Below, piece after piece: positions 30,165 through 39,251 of a stretch of 64,000 bases of DNA (within the stretch, counting starts at the first letter, position 1; every line of letters starts with the position of its first letter). This DNA is from Thermoplasmata archaeon (GTDB taxonomy: Archaea > Thermoplasmatota > Thermoplasmata > Thermoplasmatales > GCA-001856825): positions 288,001-352,000 of the forward strand of contig JAJYUZ010000002.1 in assembly GCA_021792255.1 (NCBI GenBank), read 5' to 3'. Position numbers and translations under genes: made by a program. The notes under the pieces are model-generated. The model saw nothing but the letters and a program-made list of their open reading frames with translations, made no database searches and was not told the origin of the DNA.

Positions 30165-30253
30165 TGTAATTTGTATGGAATGATGATATTTAAACATTTT
30201 TTACTGTCTAAAGTAATAAAAGTTAAATAGAGTATTTAATTCCCTTCAGTGGT

Positions 30254-30877
30254 ATGGAAGAAATAACCACTCTAGGCAGTAGCAAACGGAGGATACTAGA
30301 GGAACTTCTGGAGAAGCCTAGAGTAATTTATGAGCTTTCAGATAAACTCAGCATTAGAAATAATGCGGTGAGAGAACACCTGACTATGCTTGAAAGCATG
30401 GGATACGTAGAGTCCAAATTCGTAAAGACAAAAATTGGAAGGCCAAAGAAGACCTATAGAATCTCTGCAGACGGGATGAAGTTGTTCCCAAAAAAGTACG
30501 ACCTTCTGCTAAAAATTCTGCTCGACGAACTCACTACAGAAAAGGGGACTATATGGGTAAAAGATTTCTTGAAGAGAGCTGGTGAAAGGATCGTCAAAGA
30601 GGACGGTTCCAAGTCAAAAGACATAAAAGAACTATTGACCTTTTATAACAACCTTGGATGCATGGCCACTGCAGTGGAGAGGGACGGCAACATAGTCATA
30701 AAGAGGAACAATTGCATTTATTATTCAATGGCCCTGGACACAAACAATGTCTTCTGCGGAACCTTCGAAGACGCGTTAATAGAATCAATGCTTCCTTCCT
30801 ACAAGGTAATCAAGAAAGACACGGTTTCGAAGGACAAGTACGACTGTGAGATCACGCTGTCAAAATCAGAATCGTAA
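30254..30877 (+). CDS. SufR-like HTH transcriptional regulator
   Basis: AVREHL..LE..GYV...GRPKKTY wHTH plus C-terminal NC..C..C; divergent from the suf operon. Confidence 0.75.
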   Translation: MEEITTLGSSKRRILEELLEKPRVIYELSDKLSIRNNAVREHLTMLESMGYVESKFVKTKIGRPKKTYRISADGMKLFPKKYDLLLKILLDELTTEKGTIWVKDFLKRAGERIVKEDGSKSKDIKELLTFYNNLGCMATAVERDGNIVIKRNNCIYYSMALDTNNVFCGTFEDALIESMLPSYKVIKKDTVSKDKYDCEITLSKSES

Positions 30878-30912
30878 ATATTTATCTCCCCTGTCGTATT
30901 ACATCACAAGAA

Positions 30913-31959
30913 ATGCTCACGGTAATAGAAACTTTTTACTCTATCGAAGGTGAAGGGCCCTTTATCGGCGTTCCCACGTTCTTCATCAGGCTCTCAGGAT
31001 GCAACCTGAGGTGTTCTTGGACACCAGTTGGTTCGACCAGGATCCTGATGAGCGATCGTAGCTGGAAGCTCGCTAAGGACATCACCGTCGGAGACGTTGT
31101 TCTGGGATTCGAAGGAGAGCATTTCAAGAAATCACGGGTCTTAAACACAGTCAAAACGAGGTCGGAAACGGTAAAGCTCACCATGGAGAGCGGTGGTACG
31201 ATTACGGTCACGCCTGAGCATCCCTTCTATTATCGGGGTTCAAAGACCAGAAGGGCGGATAGAACGATTGGTAAGACAATAAGAACCATAAACCAGGGGA
31301 AAACTGACCTTGAGTATAAGATAAATGGAGAGAATGATAAGGTCATAAAGATCGAGACAGCCGGCATCGCCGATATAAATCATTTTGAGACCGAGACACA
31401 CAACTACATTTCTGAAGGCTACCTCTCCCACAACTGCGATACTAAGTACTCATATTCTGGGGGTGAAAAGATGACGATCGAAAGTCTGGTGGAAGAAGCA
31501 GCCTCATATGGGGCAAAGTACGTCTGCCTCACCGGAGGGGAGCCTCTCTTGCAAAAAGAAGTCTATCCCTTGATGTACAAACTTCTCGACAAGGGATACA
31601 AGATTATCCTAGAGACGAGTGGGTCCATCTCTCTTGAGGATGTTCCGACGGACGACAACATGATAATTTCGATGGACATCAAAACGCCTTCTTCCAACAT
31701 GGTAGAGCACAACGTGTATCAGAACATCGAGCTGCTGGCCGAAAAAGACTATCTAAAGTTTGTGATTGTTGATGAAAAGGACTATTCGTTTTCTAAGTCC
31801 ATAATAGAGAAATACCCATTTGACGGTGAAACAATCTTTCAACCTGAAGGAGGGAAAAACTTGAAGGAGCTAACTGAAAAAGTATTAAAAGAACGATTAA
31901 ATGTCAGAGTACTGCCGCAACTGCATAAATTAATTTGGGGGGACAAAAGAGGAGTATGA
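30913..31959 (+). CDS. queE: 7-carboxy-7-deazaguanine synthase-like radical SAM enzyme containing a mini-intein
   Basis: FYSIEGEG..G.PT.FIRLSGCNLRCSW|CDT, LTGGEPLLQ, ETSG, DIKTPSS, PQLHKLIW. Confidence 0.88.
   Translation: MLTVIETFYSIEGEGPFIGVPTFFIRLSGCNLRCSWTPVGSTRILMSDRSWKLAKDITVGDVVLGFEGEHFKKSRVLNTVKTRSETVKLTMESGGTITVTPEHPFYYRGSKTRRADRTIGKTIRTINQGKTDLEYKINGENDKVIKIETAGIADINHFETETHNYISEGYLSHNCDTKYSYSGGEKMTIESLVEEAASYGAKYVCLTGGEPLLQKEVYPLMYKLLDKGYKIILETSGSISLEDVPTDDNMIISMDIKTPSSNMVEHNVYQNIELLAEKDYLKFVIVDEKDYSFSKSIIEKYPFDGETIFQPEGGKNLKELTEKVLKERLNVRVLPQLHKLIWGDKRGV
31021..31434 (+). mobile_element. QueE mini-intein (138 aa, N-terminal Thr)
   Basis: TPVGSTRILMSD (block A), TVTPEHPF (block B), FETETHNYISEGYLSHN followed by extein C; removal restores CNLRCSWCDT. 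Confidence 0.9.
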
Positions 31960-32576
31960 TGGGGCAGGAATACACTGACGAGGATGGAGAGATAGCGACC
32001 AAGATGGCTAGGAGAGCCATCGAGGAGTACATTGACATTAAATTAATTGTAAAAAACAGTTATGGAGGAAAGTTCGTCGAGAAGAGGGGGGTATTCACTA
32101 CACTCTCCAGTGCGTCAGGCGAATTGAGGGGGTGTGTTGGCTTTCCTGAACCCGTATATCCGCTTGGAGAAGCGGTCATCAAGAGCGCGATCTCAGCAGC
32201 CGTCAACGACCCGAGATTTGCCCCCGTCACGAAGGAAGAAATGAACGACATCATAGTCGAAGTTTCGCTTCTCAGCAAACCGAATGTCTTGGAGTCAAAA
32301 AGCAGGAAAGATCTTCCATCTATGATCAAAGTGGGCCGAGACGGCCTGATCGCGGAGAGGGAAGCTTATTCCGGTCTTCTACTCCCGCAGGTTGCGGTGG
32401 ATGAGAAGATGGACCAAAAAGGATTCCTCAATGCAGTATGTTGGAAGGCAGGAATGGAACCCGACTGCTGGAAAGACGGGGACACTTCAATTTCTACTTT
32501 TACTGCAGAAATATTTTACGAAGTAGAACCTCGCGGGCCAATATTCAGGAAAGTGCTCTCTGTGGAGAAAAGTTAA
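31956..32576 (+). CDS. AMMECR1-domain protein (TIGR00296-like)
   Basis: GVFTTL, LRGCVG, DPRF, EVSLLS, GLLLPQV, CWKAG. Confidence 0.9.
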   Translation: MMGQEYTDEDGEIATKMARRAIEEYIDIKLIVKNSYGGKFVEKRGVFTTLSSASGELRGCVGFPEPVYPLGEAVIKSAISAAVNDPRFAPVTKEEMNDIIVEVSLLSKPNVLESKSRKDLPSMIKVGRDGLIAEREAYSGLLLPQVAVDEKMDQKGFLNAVCWKAGMEPDCWKDGDTSISTFTAEIFYEVEPRGPIFRKVLSVEKS

Positions 32577-33808
32577 TGGAGGTATTCCACGGACTTTTTT
32601 ACATAAGTGGTGAGTTTAGGGAAAAATATGTTGTGGTGGAAAACGGAATAATCAAAGAAGTAAAGAACGAACTATCTGGAATCGGAGTGACGAGCATTCC
32701 AGGTCACATATTTCCGGGAGGAGTGGACATGCACGTTCACTTCCGTGATCCGGGCGAAACTGAGAAGGAAGACTTTGGAACGGGATCGCTCTCAGCTATC
32801 TTCGGAGGAACGACCACGGTTTGTGACATGCCAAACAACAAGGTTGCCATCACAGATACAGCCACGTTCAATTCAAAACTAGCGACAATAGGGAGTAGAA
32901 GTTTCGTCGATTATGGCCTTTACCAGGCTGCTTCAAAATCAATAGTTCCTGAAGCAATTGGTCAGAAAATATTTCTTGGCAAGTCAACGGGCGGACTCGT
33001 GACAGATCTGGATGACTGTGAATGGCAGAACAAATTAAAGGTAGTCCACGCAGAACTGCAGGAGTGCTTGGACAACAACAAGAGAGAGGACAGTGACCTG
33101 GTATCTCACGACGTCAACAGGCCTCTGGAATGCGAATTAGGTGCCATTGAACACGTTTTCAAGTACAACCTTTCAGGTATTCACATAGCTCACCTCACGT
33201 CGATCAGATCGGTAGAGCTCGCGAAGTCTCTCGGATTCACTACAGAAGTCACCCCACATAACTTGTTGCTCAACAACTCTCTTCCGATTACTTCCTTCGG
33301 GAAGGTAAATCCACCATTAAGAAAGAGATCAGTTCAAGAAGAACTGTTGAAGAATCTCAATTCAAAATCCATCGACGTCATATCGTCGGATCATGCCCCA
33401 CATACAATCCGGGAGAAGGAAGTGTTCAAGGACGCCCCTTCCGGGCTTCCAGGAGTAGAAACCAGAGTTCCCCTGATACTGGCAGCTTACAATAAGGGCC
33501 TCATAAGTATTTCGAAGGCGGTTTCCGTACTAATGGAAAGACCGTCAGAAATCTGCAAGATTAACAAGGGTTACATTGCAGTTGGTTATGACGCAGATTT
33601 CATTTCGATCGGTCTCAAGAAAGTCAAAAAGATAAATGGGGAAGGGTTACACTCGGAGTGTGGCTGGACTCCATTTGAAGGATTTGAAGGTATTTTCCCC
33701 GATCTGGTTTACATCCGAGGAGAGATGGCAGTGCAGGAGGGAGAAATAGAATCGAAACCCATGGGGGTATTTCTGAATGCCAAAGAACAGCGAGCGAAGA
33801 GTAGCTGA
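32576..33808 (+). CDS. pyrC: Dihydroorotase
   Basis: DMHVHFRDPG, DMPNN, EVTPH, KVNPPLR, SDHAPH; ATG at 32576. Confidence 0.88.
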   Translation: MEVFHGLFYISGEFREKYVVVENGIIKEVKNELSGIGVTSIPGHIFPGGVDMHVHFRDPGETEKEDFGTGSLSAIFGGTTTVCDMPNNKVAITDTATFNSKLATIGSRSFVDYGLYQAASKSIVPEAIGQKIFLGKSTGGLVTDLDDCEWQNKLKVVHAELQECLDNNKREDSDLVSHDVNRPLECELGAIEHVFKYNLSGIHIAHLTSIRSVELAKSLGFTTEVTPHNLLLNNSLPITSFGKVNPPLRKRSVQEELLKNLNSKSIDVISSDHAPHTIREKEVFKDAPSGLPGVETRVPLILAAYNKGLISISKAVSVLMERPSEICKINKGYIAVGYDADFISIGLKKVKKINGEGLHSECGWTPFEGFEGIFPDLVYIRGEMAVQEGEIESKPMGVFLNAKEQRAKSS

Positions 33809-34088
33809 AGAAAGGATGAAGGAATTGTTTAAGCTTGCAATCGAAGACGAAAAGGACAACAAGATGCAAGAGGCAAACAGAAAATACGAGCTCATCTATC
33901 GCTATTCCACCAAGTACAAATCAAAAGTCCTAGAAGACTCCAAGACGTGGGTGTGCAAGAAATGCAAGAGGGGTATATATTCTGGCACTGGCAGGGTGAG
34001 AATAAACAAGTCAGTTATCACTATCAGCTGTAACAATTGCGGTTATGTCAGAAGGATTCCTATCTCTCGTCAATCGTCTCGGCAGTGA
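33777..34088 (+). CDS. rnp4: RNase P protein component 4 (Rpp21)
   Basis: AEERM..LF.LA, CKKC...RVRI...CNNCG.VRRIP zinc ribbon. Confidence 0.85.
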   Translation: MPKNSERRVAEERMKELFKLAIEDEKDNKMQEANRKYELIYRYSTKYKSKVLEDSKTWVCKKCKRGIYSGTGRVRINKSVITISCNNCGYVRRIPISRQSSRQ

Positions 34089-34305
34089 ACAGTACGTTGT
34101 ATCCGCCCAGGGTTGCATGAACTTTGTCTATCAAAGAAATAGCGTCCGAAACGGTTGCGTGATCTCCCCATTCGTACACAAGGTCTCTAGTTCCTGTAAT
34201 CGGATTGAAGCCAAGAGATTGCAGTCTTGTGATTATTTCAGAGGGTCTCTCTCCCTCTGTGTTGAAGATAATCGATAGGTAGGTTCTCTTGACCATTACC
34301 CTCAA
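34060..34305 (-). CDS. Small conserved hypothetical protein
   Basis: TYLSIIFNTEGERPSE...D.VYEW; globular composition. Confidence 0.6.
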   Translation of the reverse strand: MRVMVKRTYLSIIFNTEGERPSEIITRLQSLGFNPITGTRDLVYEWGDHATVSDAISLIDKVHATLGGYNVLFTAETIDER

Positions 34306-34364
34306 ATTACCATGTGATATTTATTCTTTTATTCTTGTTCTTCAAGAGTAGTGAACTAAGAAAC

Positions 34365-35102
34365 CTAGGGGGTGGCAGCAACTATCATTCGTTGCTTAGT
34401 CATGGTATTCGTGCTACGGTCAAAAGCCATTGATTTCAGCTCGTCATCAGAAAGACTGTTAATGAATCTCTTGCTCTCAATTCCATTTAGGGAATTAGTC
34501 TCAACCGGACTGAGCCACTTTTCGAAGGTAATCTGTTCATTGTCTATTACTGATTTTATTATCCTGAATCCAGCCGACTTGAGAGAAAAAATAAGTTCGC
34601 CCTCATTGAGTGCGGCAAAATGAGTGGGGTCTCTCTTCCTTTCAAGCTTATTAAGCAAATCGTTTGTATCAGTATCAGGCACAATCATATCGCTTATTGC
34701 TAGGATCCCATTCTCTCTCAATAATTCCTTCGACTTCTTAAAAAAGAAGTCTTTCTTGTCAAAGTGATGAAGCGCCCTTCGGCAAGTAATTGTATCAAAT
34801 TTCGAGAAAGTATCATAGGAATAATAATCAGATTTCACAAACTCTACGTTTGTAATTTTGTTTGATGAAATCAGTTTCATTGCCTCTGAAAGCATTGCAT
34901 CCGTGAGATCCAGAGCGACGACGTTCTCACTCCTCTTTGAGAGTTCAAACGCAACAAATCCTGTACCAGTAGCGACATCCAGGGCTCGCGACATTTTCTC
35001 CGGCAGAAGACTCATTAGAATCTTGAGATCATTGCCAGACTTGAAAGAGTCACTCTTCGAGTACTGCTTTGCATGATCATTAAAGAATGGGTTATCGCTC
35101 AT
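34365..35102 (-). CDS. Class I SAM-dependent methyltransferase (UbiE-like)
   Basis: ALDVATGTG, DLTDAML, FDTITCRRALHHF, RDPTH. Confidence 0.85.
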   Translation of the reverse strand: MSDNPFFNDHAKQYSKSDSFKSGNDLKILMSLLPEKMSRALDVATGTGFVAFELSKRSENVVALDLTDAMLSEAMKLISSNKITNVEFVKSDYYSYDTFSKFDTITCRRALHHFDKKDFFFKKSKELLRENGILAISDMIVPDTDTNDLLNKLERKRDPTHFAALNEGELIFSLKSAGFRIIKSVIDNEQITFEKWLSPVETNSLNGIESKRFINSLSDDELKSMAFDRSTNTMTKQRMIVAATP

Positions 35103-35180
35103 AACAATCCCTATAGAATTACCTATTATAACGTTCCCCCGATTAACAATCTTATTCTCCGTTGGTCCCAAATTTCTTTC

Positions 35181-36119
35181 TCAACCAGAAACTGCGATGT
35201 AGCGAGTCAGGGAAGAATGGACTCTAATCTTTCCAACCAGTTTCAATTCGACAAATTCTTTTGCAACATTCAAAAGCTCTTCCGACGGAATGCAAAACAC
35301 TTTCTTTCCTTCAACGTTAGTTATCAGCGAGAAGAATCTTGAGTATAGTGAATCTCGGGACTGAGAGAATATCTTCGCACCCCTCCCGTAGGGGGGATCA
35401 GTGACTATCGCCGAAATGTCTCTAACCGAAGCCAGCTCTGAAAAATCTCCCTGTCTGATATTCTCTGGAAAATCGAAGTGCTTCAGATTCTTGTTTCCTC
35501 CTTCGACCATTTTCCAGCTACGATCTATCCCAAATCCTTGTATTCCCATCCTGAATCCTTCGATTAAGTACGTTCCAGTTCCTGCAAAGGGATCAATGAA
35601 CTTCTCTCCCTCTTTCAGTCCTGCGACGTTCAGCATCCCTCTCGCCAGAATTGGTGAAATGCTTGAGGGATGATTCATTGGTTTAGTCCCGTATCTTTGA
35701 TCAAGCAGATTTGACATCCTTCTTTCGTAGATCATTTCCACAAACAGCGGTTCCCCTAAATTGTAGATGTAAAAGATGACGTCAGGATGGTCTAAATCGA
35801 CTCTTCCCTTGATTCTCTTTGCCAATTCATCAATTAGCGAGTCTTTTCCCTTTTCCTTCTTCTCCTTTATTGCATATTTCTTATTTGGCTCTAAGTCGAT
35901 CGGCTCTTCATCGCCAATGACTCTGCCTATCCGTTTAGAGAAAGCCACTCTAGAGCTGATGAGATGAGGGTGTTTAGTCGAAAAGAACAAGAATTTTTCA
36001 CTTTCTCCAAGTACCTCGCCCCCATAACTGCTGAGCAGTCCTGAAATTTCGGCCCTAGAGATGTCGCGAAAACCACCCAGAAATTCGGAGATTAGTTTCA
36101 ACAATTCTGAATTCCGCAA
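35181..36119 (-). CDS. THUMP-domain tRNA G10 N2-methyltransferase (Trm11/TrmG10-like)
   Basis: VDLDHPD, PSSISP.LAR, DPFAGTG, TDPPYG, VHSSLTR. Confidence 0.85.
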   Translation of the reverse strand: MRNSELLKLISEFLGGFRDISRAEISGLLSSYGGEVLGESEKFLFFSTKHPHLISSRVAFSKRIGRVIGDEEPIDLEPNKKYAIKEKKEKGKDSLIDELAKRIKGRVDLDHPDVIFYIYNLGEPLFVEMIYERRMSNLLDQRYGTKPMNHPSSISPILARGMLNVAGLKEGEKFIDPFAGTGTYLIEGFRMGIQGFGIDRSWKMVEGGNKNLKHFDFPENIRQGDFSELASVRDISAIVTDPPYGRGAKIFSQSRDSLYSRFFSLITNVEGKKVFCIPSEELLNVAKEFVELKLVGKIRVHSSLTRYIAVSG

Positions 36120-36171
36120 AGGTAAATGAATACAGCGATATTCTTAATCAAGTATAACATTTCCATCCGAT

Positions 36172-37176
36172 ATGCCGAAGTACAAGGAAAGCGGCGTCGA
36201 TTTCGGTTCTATCGGAAATTTCAGGAGCTCCATAATAGGGGAACTTACCTTCGAAGGAACGAAATACAAAAGGGCCGCCAGCATTGGGCACTATTCTGGA
36301 CTGATCTCCTTTCTAGGCAACTACCTGGCGATTCATACTGATAATGTTGGGACCAAGACAATGATGGCTCAAAAATATCGTTACTTCGACCAGATAGGAT
36401 ACGATCTTGTAGGAATGAATGTCAACGATGTAATCTGTATGGGCGCTGAACCAATGGCCATGGTAGACTACATAGCTGGGTCCATGCTGGATGCTGAGAT
36501 GGGATCTAAAATAGGAAAGAGCATCAACAAAGCCTGTAGAGAAGCGGGAATTTCCATGGTGGGTGGAGAAACGGCTTCGGTTCCCGATCTCGTGAGAGGA
36601 ATAGATATCTCAGGTACCGTGATCGGTTATCTCGAAAAGGGCAAGGAAATAACTGGTAAAAAAATAAAGGAGAAAGACAGAATAATAGGGCTAGCCTCTA
36701 ACGGCATCCATTCGAACGGCTTCTCCCTAATAAGAAAGATATACGAGAACAGAGAGAGTTTACTTGACGAGGAATTTAATGGAGAACCGTTCTGGAAAGC
36801 CCTGCTGGACGGAACGAAAATCTATTCAAAAAAGATCTTTGAATTAACCCAAGAATTTGATATTCATGGAATATCTCACATCACTGGAGGGGGAGTAAGA
36901 AATGTGCTGAGACTCAGGGAAGCGAGATTCAAACTGACTTTTCCAGAAATGTCCCTGCTATTTCAGAAGATAATAAAAGACGGAGAAATCTCGATGCATG
37001 AGGCATTTGAAGTATTCAACATGGGAATCGGAATGATGATTGTATCCTCTAAAAAGGAAGAGGATGCAATAGTCCAGGAACTGAATGGATTCAGTCCAGT
37101 CAGTATCGGAGAAGTATTCGCTGGCAAGGGTGTTTCTGTAGACAACTTTGGCGTAAGATACGGCAGCTACTATTAG
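36172..37176 (+). CDS. purM: Phosphoribosylformylglycinamidine cyclo-ligase
   Basis: YKESGVD, TDNVGTK, MNVND, GGETA, SNGIHSNGFS, HITGGG, FNMGIG. Confidence 0.95.
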   Translation: MPKYKESGVDFGSIGNFRSSIIGELTFEGTKYKRAASIGHYSGLISFLGNYLAIHTDNVGTKTMMAQKYRYFDQIGYDLVGMNVNDVICMGAEPMAMVDYIAGSMLDAEMGSKIGKSINKACREAGISMVGGETASVPDLVRGIDISGTVIGYLEKGKEITGKKIKEKDRIIGLASNGIHSNGFSLIRKIYENRESLLDEEFNGEPFWKALLDGTKIYSKKIFELTQEFDIHGISHITGGGVRNVLRLREARFKLTFPEMSLLFQKIIKDGEISMHEAFEVFNMGIGMMIVSSKKEEDAIVQELNGFSPVSIGEVFAGKGVSVDNFGVRYGSYY

Positions 37177-37294
37177 CGTGAAAGTGACTTAGTGGCCATA
37201 AAAATTCTGCGCTGTCATCATAATAATTCATAGTAGCGTTGCTAAGGTTTATATTTTTGAATTAACTGCTCTTAATATATTGAGTGATGGTTAA

Positions 37295-37813
37295 ATGATA
37301 GGAAATAAAGCACCAGACTTTGATGCAAAGGCATTCGTAGATGGAAGGTTTGAAGACTTTAGGCTGTCCAGGCTTAGAGGGAAGTGGGTCGTGTTATTTT
37401 TCTACCCAGCGGATTTTACCTTCGTCTGTCCAACTGAGATACAGGGATTTGCAGAAAAATACGAAGAGTTTAAGAAAGCTGGAGCCGAAATAGTCTCAGT
37501 CAGCAGGGACACAATTTATGTCCATAAAGCTTGGGTAGAGCACGATGATAGGGTCGCGGAGGCCAAGTATCCTATGGTGGAGGACAGGAAGGGAGAGATT
37601 TCAAGGGACTATGGAGTTCTCGATGAGGTATCTGGAAACTCCCAGAGGGGACTTTTCATAATAAATCCTGAAGGAATCGTAAAGTACATGGTAGTCACCG
37701 ATGACAATGTAGGACGAAGCACGGATGAAACCTTCAGAGTTCTTTCAGCGCTCCAGACCGGAGGACTTTGCCCTGTTAACTGGGAACCAGGGAAGGCAAC
37801 TCTCAAAGTTTAA
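37295..37813 (+). CDS. ahpC: 2-Cys peroxiredoxin (AhpC)
   Basis: FFYPADFTFVCPTE, GRS.DE, LCPVNW. Confidence 0.93.
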   Translation: MIGNKAPDFDAKAFVDGRFEDFRLSRLRGKWVVLFFYPADFTFVCPTEIQGFAEKYEEFKKAGAEIVSVSRDTIYVHKAWVEHDDRVAEAKYPMVEDRKGEISRDYGVLDEVSGNSQRGLFIINPEGIVKYMVVTDDNVGRSTDETFRVLSALQTGGLCPVNWEPGKATLKV

Positions 37814-37815
37814 TT

Positions 37816-38082
37816 TTATTTTATTATTCTAAAATTATCCAGATCGTCTTCTTCAACGTATCTCTTCTTAACGTCTGTCACGAGAGAATTCGGAATTTCA
37901 GAGATGCAGTATTGAATCAATCTCTCTACCATATCCGGATCACCCTGAATCATAGCCTCGACCGATCCGTCTCTTAGGTTCTTTACCCAGCCTTTGAGAT
38001 TGAGCCCCTTGGCCATTCTTCTCGTTCGCTCTCTGAAACCTACTCCCTGGACGATCCCATAAAATTTTACGTTGCACTGCAT
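37816..38082 (-). CDS. acyP: Acylphosphatase
   Basis: G.VQGVGFR, GWVKN..DGSVE. Confidence 0.93.
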   Translation of the reverse strand: MQCNVKFYGIVQGVGFRERTRRMAKGLNLKGWVKNLRDGSVEAMIQGDPDMVERLIQYCISEIPNSLVTDVKKRYVEEDDLDNFRIIK

Positions 38083-38231
38083 TAAAGTACAATAATTAAG
38101 GTATTCAAATATTTAGTCTCTTTCTGCCTTTTTCATACGGTATGTTCCACAAATCCGTGGTCAGATCCCGTTTATCGAGATACGGGGAAACAGAGGCAAC
38201 GTAGTTATAACGCCTGTACTTTTGCTAAACG

Positions 38232-39182
38232 ATGTTCAGGAATGAATTTCAGTTCACTATCTTGCCAGTCCCCCCTTTTAACTTTGCGCTTACAGTCCGA
38301 AAACCTGCTGGTTGGAGCCTCTTCAACTCGGGTGAGATGTTGGAAGACGATACATTTTGGACCGCAACGAGACTCGAGAAAGTGCTTGCTGGAATTAAGA
38401 TGAAATTCATTGGAACGGTAGAGCGTCCAAAGATCTTGGTTACGGTATTCACGGAATCAGAGGTCCCAATGTCAAAACGTAGTGCAATGTCCAATCATCT
38501 CAAGAAAATGATTGGTGCAGACCAGGATCTAAGTCAATTTTATTTAATGGCAGAGAGGGATGAAATATTGAAACACACCGTGAAGGATCTTTACGGTATG
38601 CACGATACTCAGACCTCTTATCTCTACAATTCCGTCGTCCTGAGCATTTGTTTGCAAATGGCTAGACTGGATAGAAGTCTCAGGATGATGGAGAACATCA
38701 ACCGAATTTATGGAGATCCTGTGGAGTTTGATGGCAAAAAAATCACAGTCGAGCCTGCTGCAGAAAGGATAGCCAAACTTGAGGAAAAGTCGTTTGCAAA
38801 AGAGTGCAATCTTGGATACAGAGCCAAATATTTGATAAAGTCCGCTCAGGTTATCGTTAATGGATTCCCAGACACAGAGGAAATCCTTTCTATGTCTCCA
38901 ATTGAAGCAAAGAAGAAGCTAATGGAACTGCCCGGAGTGGGTGATTACGCCGCGGATATTATCAATCCGCACGGTGGATTTCCAATCGACGCCTGGTCTG
39001 TGGATGTATTCGGGCTTCTGTTTTTCGGAAAGGAGCCTGATAATGCAAGAGATATGATTGAGAAAATAAAAAAACGAGGGCTGAGGAGATGGGGGAAATG
39101 GGCATGGATGGCATTTTTCTATATTGCACAGGATCTTGAAAATCTATCAAGGAGATTAAGTGTGAAGCTTAGGCAGAGCTGA
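38232..39182 (+). CDS. HhH-GPD DNA glycosylase (AlkA/Ogg-like)
   Basis: LGYRAKYL, LPGVGDYAAD, FPID. Confidence 0.8.
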   Translation: MFRNEFQFTILPVPPFNFALTVRKPAGWSLFNSGEMLEDDTFWTATRLEKVLAGIKMKFIGTVERPKILVTVFTESEVPMSKRSAMSNHLKKMIGADQDLSQFYLMAERDEILKHTVKDLYGMHDTQTSYLYNSVVLSICLQMARLDRSLRMMENINRIYGDPVEFDGKKITVEPAAERIAKLEEKSFAKECNLGYRAKYLIKSAQVIVNGFPDTEEILSMSPIEAKKKLMELPGVGDYAADIINPHGGFPIDAWSVDVFGLLFFGKEPDNARDMIEKIKKRGLRRWGKWAWMAFFYIAQDLENLSRRLSVKLRQS

Positions 39183-39251
39183 TTACTGTCGTTTAAAAAG
39201 CTATTTTTCCTTTCAAATAAACTTTAAATAAATCAATTTTATTTGACTTGG

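Noticed and set aside
31021-31434. Class 3 assignment for the QueE intein
   Set aside because: No Cys in the intein and no block B Trp or block G Thr, so the class 3 signature is absent
32438-32575. Apparent N-terminal extensions of pyrC, btuC (40046), sufC (30197) and the DUF5611-like gene (1484)
   Set aside because: Artefacts of longest-ORF calling; downstream ATGs give normal lengths, and for pyrC and btuC they overlap the upstream stop
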